Positions 49,495 to 62,300 of a stretch of 64,000 nt of DNA are shown here, in pieces; the first letter of the stretch is position 1, and the number at the start of each line of letters is the position of its first letter. Made by a program: the position numbers and the translations under genes. Location: positions 1 through 64,000 of the forward strand of contig BROI01000012.1 in the NCBI GenBank assembly GCA_027923505.1, in the 5' to 3' direction. Source of the stretch: Mayamaea pseudoterrestris. Taxonomy: Eukaryota. Under the pieces are notes generated by a model, which saw only the letters and a list, made by a program, of their open reading frames with translations, did no database searches and was not told the origin of the DNA.

Positions 49495-49746
49495 GTGTGT
49501 TTGAGTAGTCGAAAACCATGCTGCCTGCCAGCCAACACCAGAACTCCACCCAACCCCAGTCATCTTTCTGGAGGGTTGAAGGTATACCATTGAAGGGATT
49601 GCCCATCCTACATTCTTAATACATGCCTAGCAACCACAGAGACTCATATTGAAGATGGCTGGCTCATGGCTATGGCTATTGACTGTGAGTGTGTTTGAGT
49701 AGCTGAAACCCATGTTGCCTGCCAGCCACCAAACTCCACCCAACCT
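49495..49746 (+). repeat. Diverged Satellite B remnant (~1.3 copies of a longer 194-bp variant)
   Basis: Contains gaaggtataccattgaa, gcctagcaaccacagagactcatattgaag and ggctcatggctatggctatt. cctgccagcc occurs at 49524 and 49718. Confidence 0.9.
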
Positions 49747-50337
49747 CAGCTATGGATGATTTGTTTGCACCAATCTCACTGCAAGCATGTCCCCAAGCAT
49801 AGCCGAACAGGATGGATGGAGCAAGACTTCATTTGGGGGTAGATTAAAAAGGCCATGCACTGTAGTACCATGGAGCTGGTACCTGTGTTGATGTCTGGAT
49901 TGCCCTCCCATACCGTAGCTGCTTGGAATCAGCTATGGAATGATTTTTTTGCCCCAATCTCACCGCAAGCATGTCCCCAAGCATAGCCAAACAGGATGGA
50001 TGGAGCAAGACTTCAATTGGGGGTAGATTAAAAAGGCCATGCACTGTAGCACCACGGAGCTGGTTCCTGTGTGGATGCCTGAACTGCCTTCCCATACCGT
50101 AGCTGCTTGGAATCAGCTATGGATGATTTTTTTGCCTTAATCTCACCGCAAGCATGTCCCCAAGCATAGCCAAACAGGATGGATGGAGCAAGACTTCATT
50201 TGGGGGTAGATTAAAAAGGCCATGCACTGTAGTACCATGGAGCTGGTACCTGTGTTGATGTCTGGATTGCCCTCCCATACCATAGCTAGGAAGCAGCTAT
50301 GGATGTTTTTTTGCACCAATCTCACCACAAGCATGTC
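49747..50337 (+). repeat. Satellite C, ~183-bp monomer, ~3.2 copies
   Basis: (g/a)caagcatgt occurs at 49781, 49965, 50148 and 50327. Shared ggatggatggagcaagacttca..tgggggtagattaaaaaggccatgcactgtag. Confidence 0.92.
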
Positions 50338-53300
50338 TGTTGGACCATTCTGGTGTAATTTGGGCACCTACCGGGCTGGCTGTAGGGGCATTTGCATGTC
50401 ATGGCATCTGCGGGCTGAGACTGGTGACAAGTTGTCACCAAATACATTGCCATCCCCCGGGACACCAGCCAAGCCTACCATCATGTAGCGCAGCTTGAAT
50501 AATGTTGTTGGCATCATTCTGGTGTATTTTGGGCACCTACAGGGCTTGCTGTAGGGACATTTGAATGTCCCGGCATCTGCGGGCTGAGACTGGTGACAAG
50601 TTGTCACCAAATACATTTCCATCCCCTGAGACAACAGCCAAGCCAACCATCTTTTAGCGCATCATATATATTGATGTTGGCACCAGTCTGGTGATATTTG
50701 GGCACCTACAGGGCTTGCTGTAGGGGCGTTTGAATGTCAAGGCGTCTGCGGGCTGAGATTGGTGACAAGCTGTCAACAAATACATTGCCATCCCCTGAGA
50801 CAACAGCCAAGCCAACCATCTTTTAGCGCATCATATATAATGATGTTGGCACCAGTCTGGTGATATTTGGGCACCTACAGGGCTTGCTGTAGGGGCGTTT
50901 GAATGTCAAGGCATCTGCGGGCTGACATTGGTGACAAGTTGTCACCAAATACATTGCAATCCCCTGAGACACCATCCAAGCCTACCATCTTGTAGCGCAG
51001 CCTAAAAAAGGATGTTGGCACCATTCTGGTGTAATTTGGGCACCTACAGGGCTGGCTGTAGGGGCGTTTGAATGTCATGGCATCTGCGGGCTGAGACTGG
51101 TGACAAGTTGTAAACATTGCCATCCCCTGAGACAACAGCCGAGCCAACCATCTTGTAGCGCATCCTATATAATGATGTTGGCACCAGTCTGGTGTAATTT
51201 GGGCGCCTACAGGGCTTGCTGTAGGGGTGTTTGAATGTCAAGGCATCTGCAGGCTGAGACTGGTGACAAGTTGTAAACAATATCATTGCCATCCCCTGAG
51301 ACACTAGCCAGGCATACCATCTTGTAGCGCAGCCTGAATAATGATGTTGGCACCATTCTAGTGTCATTGGGGTGTATACATGGCCTGCTGTAGGGGCGTT
51401 TGAATGTCACGGCATCTGCAGGCTGACTGGTGACAAGTTGTCACCAATATCATTGCCATCCCCTGAGACACTAGCCAGGCAAACCATCTTATAGCGCAGC
51501 CTGAATTATGATGTTGGCACCAGTCTGGTGTAATTTGGGCGCCTACAGGGCTTGCTGTAGGGGCGTTTGAATGTCCCGGCATCTGCGGGCTAGACTGGTG
51601 ACAAGTTGTCACCAAATACATTGCCATCCCCCGAGACACCAGCCAAGCCTACCATCTGGTAGCGCAGCCGGAAAAAGGATGGTGGCACCATTCTGGTGTA
51701 ATTTGTAAACCTACAGGGCTTGCTGTAGGGGCGTTTGAATGTCATGGCATCTGCGGGCTGAGACTGGTGACAAGTGGTCACCAAATCCATTGCCATCCCC
51801 TGAGACACCAGCCAAGCCTAACAACTTGTAGCGCAGCCTAAATAATGATGTTGGCACCCTTCTGGTGTATTTTGGGCACCTACAGGGCTTGCTGTAGGGG
51901 CGTTTGAATGTCATGGCATCTGCGGGCTGAGACTGGTGATAAGTTGTCACCAAATACATTGCCATCCCCTGAGACACCAACCAAGCCTACCACCTTGTAG
52001 CGCAGCCTGAATAATGTTGTTGACACCATTCTGGTGTATTTTGGGCACCTACCGGGCTTGCTGTAGGGGCGTTTGAATGTCCCGGCATCTGCGGGCTGAG
52101 ACTGGTGACAAGTTGTCACCAAATCCATTGCCATCCCCTGAGACACCAGCCAAGCCTACCACCTTGTAGCGCAGCCTGAATAATGTTGTTGACACCATTC
52201 TGGTGTATTTTGGGCACCTACAGGGCTTGCTGTAGGGGCGTTTGAATGTCAAGGCATCTGCGGGCTGACATTGGTGACAAGTTGTCACCAAATACATTGC
52301 CATCCCCTGAGACACCAACCAAGCCTACCATCTTGTAGCGCAGCCTAAAAAGGATGTTGGCACCATTCTGGTATAATTTGGGCACCTACAGGGCTGGCTG
52401 TAGGGGCGTTTGAATGTCATGGCATCTGCGGGCTGAGACTGGTGACAAGTTGTCACCAAAAACATTGCCATCCCCTGAGACAACAGCCAAGCCAACCATC
52501 TTGTAGCGCATCCTATATAATGATGTTGGCACCAGTCTGGTGTAATTTGGGCGCCTACAGGGCTTGCTGTAGGGGTGTTTGAATGTCAAGGCATCTGCGG
52601 GCTGAGATTGGTGACAAGTTGTCACCAAATACATTGTCATCCCCTAAAACACCAACCAAGCCTACCATCTTGTAGCGCAGCCTGAAAAAGGATGTTGGCA
52701 CCATTCTGGTGTAATTTGGGCACCTACAGGGCTGGCTGTAGGGGCGTTTGAATGTCATGGCATCTGCGGGCTGAGACTGGTGACAAGTTGTCACCAAATA
52801 CATTGCCATCCCCTGAGACAACAGCCAAGCCAACCATCTTGTAGCGCATCCTATATAATGATGTTGGCACCATTCTGGTGTAATTTGGGCACCTACAGGG
52901 CTTGCTATAGGGGCGTTTGAATGTCATGGCATCTGCGGGCTAGACTGGTGACAAGTTGTCACCAAATACATTGCCATCCCCTGAGACACCAACCAAGCCT
53001 ACCATCTTGTAGCGCATCCTAACAAATGATGTTGAAACCATTCTGGTGTAATTTGGGAACCTACAGGGCTTGCTGTAGGGGCGTTTGAATGTCATGGCAT
53101 CTGCGGGCTGAGACTGGTGACAAGTTGTCACCAAATCCATTGCCATCCCCTGAGACACCAGCCAAGCCTAACAACTTGTAGCGCAGCCTAAATAATGATG
53201 TTGGCACCCTTCTGGTGTATTTTGGGCACCTACAGGGCTTGCTGTAGGGGCGTTTGAATGTCATGGCATCTGCGGGCTGAGACTGGTGACAAGTTGTCAC

Positions 53301-56300
53301 CAAATACATTGCCATCCCCTGAGACACCAACCAAGCCTACCACCTTGTAGCGCAGCCTGAATAATGTTGTTGACACCATTCTGGTGTATTTTGGGCACCT
53401 ACCGGGCTTGCTGTAGGGGCGTTTGAATGTCCCGGCATCTGCGGGCTGAGACTGGTGACAAGTTGTCACCAAATCCATTGCCATCCCCTGAGACACCAGC
53501 CAAGCCTACCATCTTGTAGCGCAGCCTGAATAATGATGTTGACACCCTTCTGGTGTATTTTGGGCACCTACAGGGCTTGCTGTAGGGGCGTTTGAATGTC
53601 CCGGCATCTGCGGGCTGAGACTGGTGACAAGTTGTTTGCCATCCCCTAAGACACCAACCAAGCCTACCACATTGTAGCGCAGCCTGAATAAGGATGTTGG
53701 CACCATTCTGGTGTAATTTGGGCACCTACCGGGCTTGCTGTAGGGGTGTTGGAATGTCCCGGCATCTGCGGGCTGCGACTGGTGACAAGTTGTCACCAAA
53801 TACATTGCCATCCCCTGAGACACCAACCAAGCAAACCATCTTATAGCGCAGCCTGAATTATGATGTTGGCACCAGTCTGGTGTAATTTGGGCGCCTACAG
53901 GGCTTGCTGTAGGGGCGTTTGAATGTCCCGGCATCTGCGGGCTAGACTGGTGACAAGTTGTCACCAAATACATTGCCATCCCCCGAGACACCAGCCAAGC
54001 CTACCATCTGGTAGCGCAGCCGGAAAAAGGATGGTGGCACCATTCTGGTGTAATTTGTAAACCTACAGGGCTTGCTGTAGGGGCGTTTGAATGTCATGGC
54101 ATCTGCGGGCTGAGACTGGTGACAAGTTGTCACCAAATCCATTGCCATCCCCTGAGACACCAGCCAAGCCTAACAACTTGTAGCACAGCCTAAATAATGA
54201 TGTTGGCACCCTTCTGGTGTATTTTGGGCACCTACAGGGCTTGCTGTAGGGGCGTTTGAATGTCATGGCATCTGCGGGCTGAGACTGGTGACAAGTTGTC
54301 ACCAAATACATTGCCATCCCCTGAGACACCAACCAAGCCTACCACCTTGTAGCGCAGCCTGAATAATGTTGTTGACACCATTCTGGTGTATTTTGGGCAC
54401 CTACCGGGCTTGCTGTAGGGGCGTTTGAATGTCCCGGCATCTGCGGGCTGAGACTGGTGACAAGTTGTCACCAAATCCATTGCCATCCCCTGAGACACCA
54501 GCCAAGCCTACCACCTTGTAGCGCAGCCTGAATAATGTTGTTGGCACCATTCTGGTGTATTTTGGGCACCTACAGGGCTTGCTGTAGGGGCGTTTGAATG
54601 TCAAGGCATCTGCGGGCTGACATTGGTGACAAGTTGTCACCAAATACATTGCCATCCCCTGAGACACCAACCAAGCCTACCATCTTGTAGCGCAGCCTAA
54701 AAAGGATGTTGGCACCATTCTGGTATAATTTGGGCACCTACAGGGCTTGCTGTAGGGGCGTTTGAATGTCATGGCATCTGCGGGCTGAGACTGGTGACAA
54801 GTTGTCACCAAAGACATTGCCATCCCCTGAGACACCAGCCAAGCCAACCATCTTGTAGCGCAGCCTAAATAATGATGTTGGCACCATTCGTGTGTGATTT
54901 GGGCACCTACAGGGCTTGCTGTAGGGGTGTTTGAATGTCATGGCATCTGCGGGCTGAGATTGGTGACAAGTTGTCACCAAATACATTGTCATCCCCTAAA
55001 ACACCAACCAAGCCTACCATCTTGTAGCGCAGCCTGAAAAAGGATGTTGGCACCATTCTGGTGTAATTTGGGCACCTACAGGGCTTGCTGTAGGTGTTTT
55101 TGAATGTCATGGCATCTGCAGGCTACGACTGGTGACAAGTTGTCACCAAATACATTGCCCTCCTGAGACAACAGCCAAGCCTATCATCTTGTAGCGCATC
55201 CTCAGTAATGATGTTGGCACCATTCTGGTGTAATTTGGGCACCTACAGGGCTTGCTGTAGGGGCGTTTGAATGTCGCGGCATCTGCGGGCTGAGACTGGT
55301 GACAAGTTGTCACCAAATACATTGCCATCCCCTGAGACACCAGCCAAGCCTACCATCTTGTAGCGCAGCCTGAAAAAGGATGTTGGCACCATTCTGGTGT
55401 AATTTGGGCACCTACAGGGCTTGCTGTAGGGGCGTTTGAATGTCATGGCATCTGCGGGCTGAGACTGGTGACAAGTTGTCACCAAATACATTGCCATCCC
55501 CTGAGACACCAGCCAAGCCTAACAACTTGAAGCACAACCTGCATTATGATGTTGGCACCATTTTGGTGTAATTTGGGCACCTACAGGGCTTGCTGTAGGG
55601 GCGTTTGAATGTCATGGCATCTGCGGGCTGAGACTGGTGACAAGTTGTCACCAAATACATTGCCATCCCCTGAGACACCAGCCAAGCCTACCACCTTGTA
55701 GCGCAGCCTGAATAATGATGTTTGCACCATTCTGGTGTATTTTGGGCACCTACAGGGCTTGCTGTAGGGGCGTTTGAATGTCACGGCATCTGCGGGCTGA
55801 GACTGGTGACAAGTTGTCACCAAATCCATTGCCATCCCCTGAGACACCAGCCAAGCCTACCATCTTGTAGCGCAGCCTGAATAATGATGTTGACACCCTT
55901 CTGGTGTATTTTGGGCACCTACAGGGCTTGCTGTAGGCTCCGGCACGGGCGGTTCCTGAGCAATGTCCAGCCATTGGCACCATTCTGGTAGCAGGCTGCT
56001 GAGGACTGGTGACAAGTTGTCACCAAATACATTGCCATCCCCTGAGACACCAGCCAAGCCTACCATCTTGTAGCGCAGCCTGAATAATGATGTTGGCACC
56101 ATTCTGGTGTAATTTGGGCACCTACAGGGCTTGCTGTAGGGGCGTTTGAATGTCACGGCATCTGCGGGCTGAGACTGGTGACAAGTTGTCACCAAATACA
56201 TTGCCATCCCCTGAGACACCAGCCAAGCCTACCATCTTGTAGCGCAGCCTGAATAATGATGTTGGCACCATTCTGGTGTAATTTGGGCACCTACAGGGCT

Positions 56301-59300
56301 TGCTGTAGGGGCGTTTGAACGTCACGGCATCTGCGGGCTGAGACTGGTGACAAGTTGTCACCAAATACATTGCCATCCCCTGAGACACCAGCCAAGCCTA
56401 CCATCTTGTAGCGCAGCCTGAATAATGATGTTGGCACCATTCTGGTGTATTTTGGGCACCTACAGGGCTTGCTGTAGGGGCGTTTGAATGTCACGGCATC
56501 TGCGGGCTGAGACTGGTGACAAGTTGTCACCAAATACATTGCCATCCCCTGAGACACCAGCCAAGCCTACCATCTTGTAGCGCAGCCTGAATAATGATGT
56601 TGGCACCATTCTGGTGTATTTTGGGCACCTACAGGGCTTGCTGTAGGGGCGTTTGAATGTCACGGCATCTGCGGGCTGAGACTGGTGACAAGTTGTCACC
56701 AAATACATTGCCATCCCCTGAGACACCAACCAAGCCTACCATCTTGTAGCGCAGCCTGAATAAGGATGTTGGCACCATTCTGGTGTAATTTGGGCACCTA
56801 CCGGGCTTGCTGTAGGGGCGTTTGAATGTCATGGCATCTGCGGGCTGAGACTGGTGACAAGTTGTCACCAAATACATTGCCATCCCCTGAGACACCAGCC
56901 AAGCCTACCATCTTGTAGCGCAGCCTGAATAAGGATGTTGGCACCATTCTGGTGTAATTTGGGCACCTACAGGGCTTGCTGTAGGGGCGTTTGAATGTCA
57001 CGGCATCTGCAGGCTGAGACTGGTGACAAGTTGTCACCAAATACATTGCCATCCCCTGAGACACCAGCCAAGCCTACCATCTTGTAGCGCAGCCTGAAAA
57101 ATGATGTTGGCACCATTCTGGTGTAATTTGGGCACCTACAGGGCTTGCTGTAAGGGCGTTTGAATGTCACGGCATCTGCGGGCTGAGACTGGTGACAAGT
57201 TGTCACCAAATACATTGCCATCCCCTGAGACACCAACCAAGCCTACCATCTTGTAGCGCAGCCGTAACATTGATGTTGGCACCATTCTGGTGTAATTTGG
57301 GCACCTAAAGGACCTGATGTAGGGGTGTTTGAATGTCTAGGCACCTGCGGGCTGAGACTGGTGACAAGTTGTCACCAAATACATTGCCATCCCCTGAGAC
57401 ACCAACCAAGCCTACCATCTTGTAGCGCAGCCTGAAAAAGGATGTTGGCACCATTCTGGTGTAATTTGGGCACCTACCGGGCTTGCTGTAGGGGCGTTTG
57501 AATGTCATGGCATCTGTGGGCTGAGATTGGTGACAAGTTGTCACCAAATACATTGCCATCCCCTGAGACACCAACCAAGCCTACCATCTTGTAGCGCAGC
57601 CTGAATAAGGATGTTGGCACCATTTGGGTGTAAAATGGGCACCTAAAGGACCTGATGTAGGGGTGTTTGAATGTCTAGGCACCTGCGGGCTGAGACTGGT
57701 GACAAGTTGTCACCAAATACATTGCCATCCCCTGAGACAACCGCCAAGCCAACCATCTTGTAGCGCATCCTGAATAATGATGTTGGCACCATTTTGGTGT
57801 AATTTGGGCACCTGCAGGGCTTACTGTAAAGGTGTTTGAATGTCAAGGCACCTGAGGGCTGAGATTGGTGACAAGGTGTCACCAAATACATTGCCATCCC
57901 CTGAGACACCAGCCAGGCCTACCATCGTGTAGCGCAGCCTGCAAAAGGATGTTGGCACCATTCTGGTGTAATTTGGGCACCTACAGGGCTTGCTGTAGGG
58001 GCGTTTGAATGTCCTGGCATCTGCGGGCTGAGACTGGTGACAAGTTGTCACCAAATACATTGCCATCCCCTGAGACACCAGCCAAGCCTACCATCTTGTA
58101 GCGCAGCCTGTATAATGATGTTGGCACCATTTTGGTGTAATTTGGGCACCTACAGGGCTTGCTGTAGGGGCGTCTGAATGTCATGGCATCTGCGGGCTGA
58201 GACTGGTGACAAGTTGTCACCAAATACATTGCCATCCCCTGAGACATCAACCAAGCCTACCATCTTGTAGCGCAGCCTGAATAAGGATGTTGGCACCATT
58301 CGGGTGTAAATTGGGCACCTACAGGGCTTGCTGTAGGGGCAATAATGTCATGTCATCTGCGGGCTGAGACTGGTGACAAGTTGTCACCAAATGCATTGCC
58401 ATCCCCTGAGATACTAACCAAGCTTACCATCTTGTAGCGCAGCCTGAAAAAAGGATGCTGGCACCATTCTGGTGTAATTTGGACACCTACCGGGCTTGCT
58501 GTAGGGGCGTTTGAATGTCATGTCATCTGCGGGCTGAGACTGGTGACAAGTTGTCACCAAATACATTGCCATCCCCTGAGACAACAGCCAAGCTAACCAT
58601 CTTGTAGCGTATCCTGAATAAGGATGTTGGCACCAGTCTGGTGTAATTTGGGCACCTACAGGGCTTGCTGTAGGGGCATTTAAATGTCATGGCATCTGCG
58701 GGCTGAGACTGGTGACAAGTTGTCACCAAATACATTGCCATCCCCTGAGACACCAGCCAAGCCTACCATCTTGTAGCGCAGCCTGAAAAAGGATGTTGGC
58801 ACTATTCTGGTGTAATTTGGGCACCTACAGGGCTTGCTGTAGGGGCGATTAAACGTCATGGCATCTGCGGGCTGAGACTGGTGACAAGTTGTCACCAAAT
58901 ACATTGCCATCCCCTGAGACACCAACCAAGCCTACGATCTTGTATCGCAGCCTGAAAAAGGATGTTGGCACCATTCTGGTGTAATTTGGGCACCTACAGG
59001 GCTTGCTATAGGGGCGTTTGAATGTCATGGCATCTGCGGGCTGAGACTGGTGACAAGTTGTCACCAAATACATTGCCATCCCCTGAGACACCAGCCAAGC
59101 CTACCATCTTGTAGCGCAGCCTAACAAATGATGTTGGCACCATTCTGGTGTATTTTGGGCACCTACAGGGCTTGCTGTAGGGGCGTTTGAATGTCACGGC
59201 ATCTGCGGGCTGAGACTGGTGACAAGTTGTCACCAAATACATTGCCATCCCCTGAGACACCAGCCAAGCCTACCATCTTGTAGCGCAGCCTGAATAATGA

Positions 59301-62300
59301 TGTTGGCACCATTCTGGTGTATTTTGGGCACCTACAGGGCTTGCTGTAGGGGCGTTTGAATGTCACGGCATCTGCGGGCTGAGACTGGTGACAAGTTGTC
59401 ACCAAATACATTGCCATCCCCTGAGACACCAGCCAAGCCTAACAACTTGTAGCGCAGCCTAAATAATGATGTTGGCACCATTCTGGTGTATTTTGGGCAC
59501 CTACAGGGCTTGCTGTAGGGGCGTTTGAATGTCACGGCATCTGCGGGCTGAGACTGGTGACAAGTTGTCACCAAATACATTGCCATCCCCTGAGACACCA
59601 GCCAAGCCTACCATCTTGTAGCGCAGCCTGAATAATAATGTTGACACCATTCTGGTGTATTTTGGGCACCTACGGGGCTTGCTGTAGGGGTGTTTGAATG
59701 TCATGGCATCTGCGGGCTGAGACTGGTGACAAGTTGTCACCGAATACATTGCCATCCCCTGAGACACCAACCAAGCCTACTAACTTGTAGCGCATCCTGA
59801 AAAATGGTGTTGGCACCATTCTGGTGTAATTTGGGCACCTACAGGGCTTGCTGTAGGGGCATTTGAATGTCAAGGCACCTGCAGGCTGAGACTGGTGACA
59901 AGTTGTCACCAAATACATTGCCATACCCTGAGACACCAACCAAGCCTATCATCTTGTAGCGCAGCCTGAAAAAGGATGTTGGCACCATTCTGGTGTAATT
60001 TGGGCACCTACCGGGCTTGCTGTAGGGGCGTTTGAATGTCAAGGCACCTGCAGGCTGAGATTGGTGACAAGTTGTCACCAAATACATTGCCATCCCCTGA
60101 GACACCAACCAAGCCTACCTTCGTGTAGCGCGCGCAGCCTGAAAAAGGATGCTGGCACCATTCTGGTGTAATTTGGGCGCCTACAGGGCTTGCTGTAGGG
60201 GCGTTTGAATGTCAAGGCACCTGCAGGCTGAGATTGGTGACAAGTTGTCACCAAATACATTGCCATCCCCTGAGACACCAACCAAGCCTACCATCGTGTA
60301 GCGCAGCCTGAAAAAGGATGCTGGCACCATTCTGGTGTAATTTGGGCGCCTACAGGGCTTGCTGTAGGGGCGTTTGAATGTCATGGCATCTGCAGACTGA
60401 GACTGGTGACAAGTTGTCACCAAATACATTTCCATCCCCTGAGACACCAACCAAGCCTAACATCTTGTAGCGCAGCCTTAAAAAGGATTTTGTCACCATT
60501 CTGGTGTATTTTGGGCACCTACAGGGCTTGCTGTAGGGGCGTTTGAATGTCATGGCATCTGCGGGCTGAGACTGGTGACAAGTTGTCACCAAATACATTG
60601 CCATCCCCTGAGACACCAGCCAAGCCTAACAACTTGTAGCGCAGCCTAAATAATGATGTTGGCACCCTTCTGGTGTAATTTGGGCACCTACAGGGCTTGC
60701 TGTAGGGGTGTTTGAATGTCATGGCATCTGCGGGCTGAGACTGGTGACAAGTTGTCACCAAATACATTTCCATCCCCTGAGACACCAACCAAGCCTACCA
60801 TCTTGTAGCGCAGCCTTAAAAAGGATTTTGGCACCATTCTGGTGTATTTTGGGCACCTACAGGGCTTGCTGTAGGGGCGTTTGAATGTCATGGCATCTGC
60901 AGGCTGAGACTGGTGACAAGTTGTCACCAAATCCATTGCCATCCCCTGAGACACCAGCCAAGCCTAACAACTTGTAGCGCAGCCTAAATAATGATGTTGG
61001 CACCCTTCTGGTGTATTTTGGGCACCTACAGGGCTTGCTGTAGGGGCGTTTGAATGTCATGGCATCTGCGGGCTGAGACTGGTGACAAGTTGTCACCAAA
61101 TACATTGCCATCCCCTGAGACACCAGCCAAGCCTACCAACTTGTAGCGCAGCCTAAATAATGATGTTGGCACCCTTCTGGTGTATTTTGGGCACCTACAG
61201 GGCTTGCTGTAGGGGCGTTTGAATGTCACGGCATCTGCGGGCTGAGACTGGTGACAAGTTGTCACCAAATACATTGCCATCCCCTGAGACACCAACCAAG
61301 CCTACTTTCGTGTAGCGCAGCCTGAATAAGGATGTTGGTACCATTCTGGTGTAATTTGGGCACCTACAGGGCTTGCTGTGTAGGGGCGTTTGAATGTCAT
61401 GGCATCTGCGGGCTGAGACTGGTGACAAGTTGTCACCAAATTCATTGCCATCCCCTGAGACACCAGCCAAGCCTACCATCTTGTAGCGCAGCCTGAATAA
61501 TGATGTTGGCACCTTCCTGGTGTATTTTAGGCACCTACAGAGCTTGCTGTAGGGGCGTTTGAATGTCATGGCATCTGCGGGCTGAGACTGTTGACAAGTT
61601 GTCACCAAATACATTGCCATCCCCTGAGACACCAGCCAAGCCTACTATCTTGTAGCGCAGCCTGAACAATGATGTTGGCACCATTCTGATGTAATTTGAG
61701 CACCTACAGGGCTTGCTGTAGGGGCGTTTGAATGTCATGGCGTCTGCGGGCTGCGACTGGTAACAAATTGTCACCAAATACATTGCCATCCCCTGAGACA
61801 CCAACCAAGCCTACCATCTTGTAGCGCATCCTAACAAATGATGTTGGCACCAGTCTGGTGTAATTTGGGCACCTACAGGGCTTGCTGTAGGGGCGTTTGA
61901 ATGTCATGGCATCTGCGGGCTGAGACTGGTGACAAGTTGTCACCAAATACATTGCCATTGCGTGAGACAACAGCCAAGCCTACCATCTTGTAGCGCAGCC
62001 TGAATAATGATGTTGGCACCATTCTGGTGTATTTTGAACACCTACAGGGCTTGCTGTTTAGGGGCGTTTGAATGTCATGGCATCTGCCGAGTGAGACTGG
62101 TGACAAGTTATCACCAAATACATTGCCATCACCTGAGACACCTGCCAAGCCTACCATCTTGTAGCGCAGCCTCAAAAAAGGATGTTGGTACCATTCTGGT
62201 GTATTTTGGGCACCTACAGGGCTTGCTGTTTAGGGGCGTTTGAATGTCACGGCATCTGCGGGCTGAGACTGGTGACAAGTTGTCACCAAATACATTGTCA

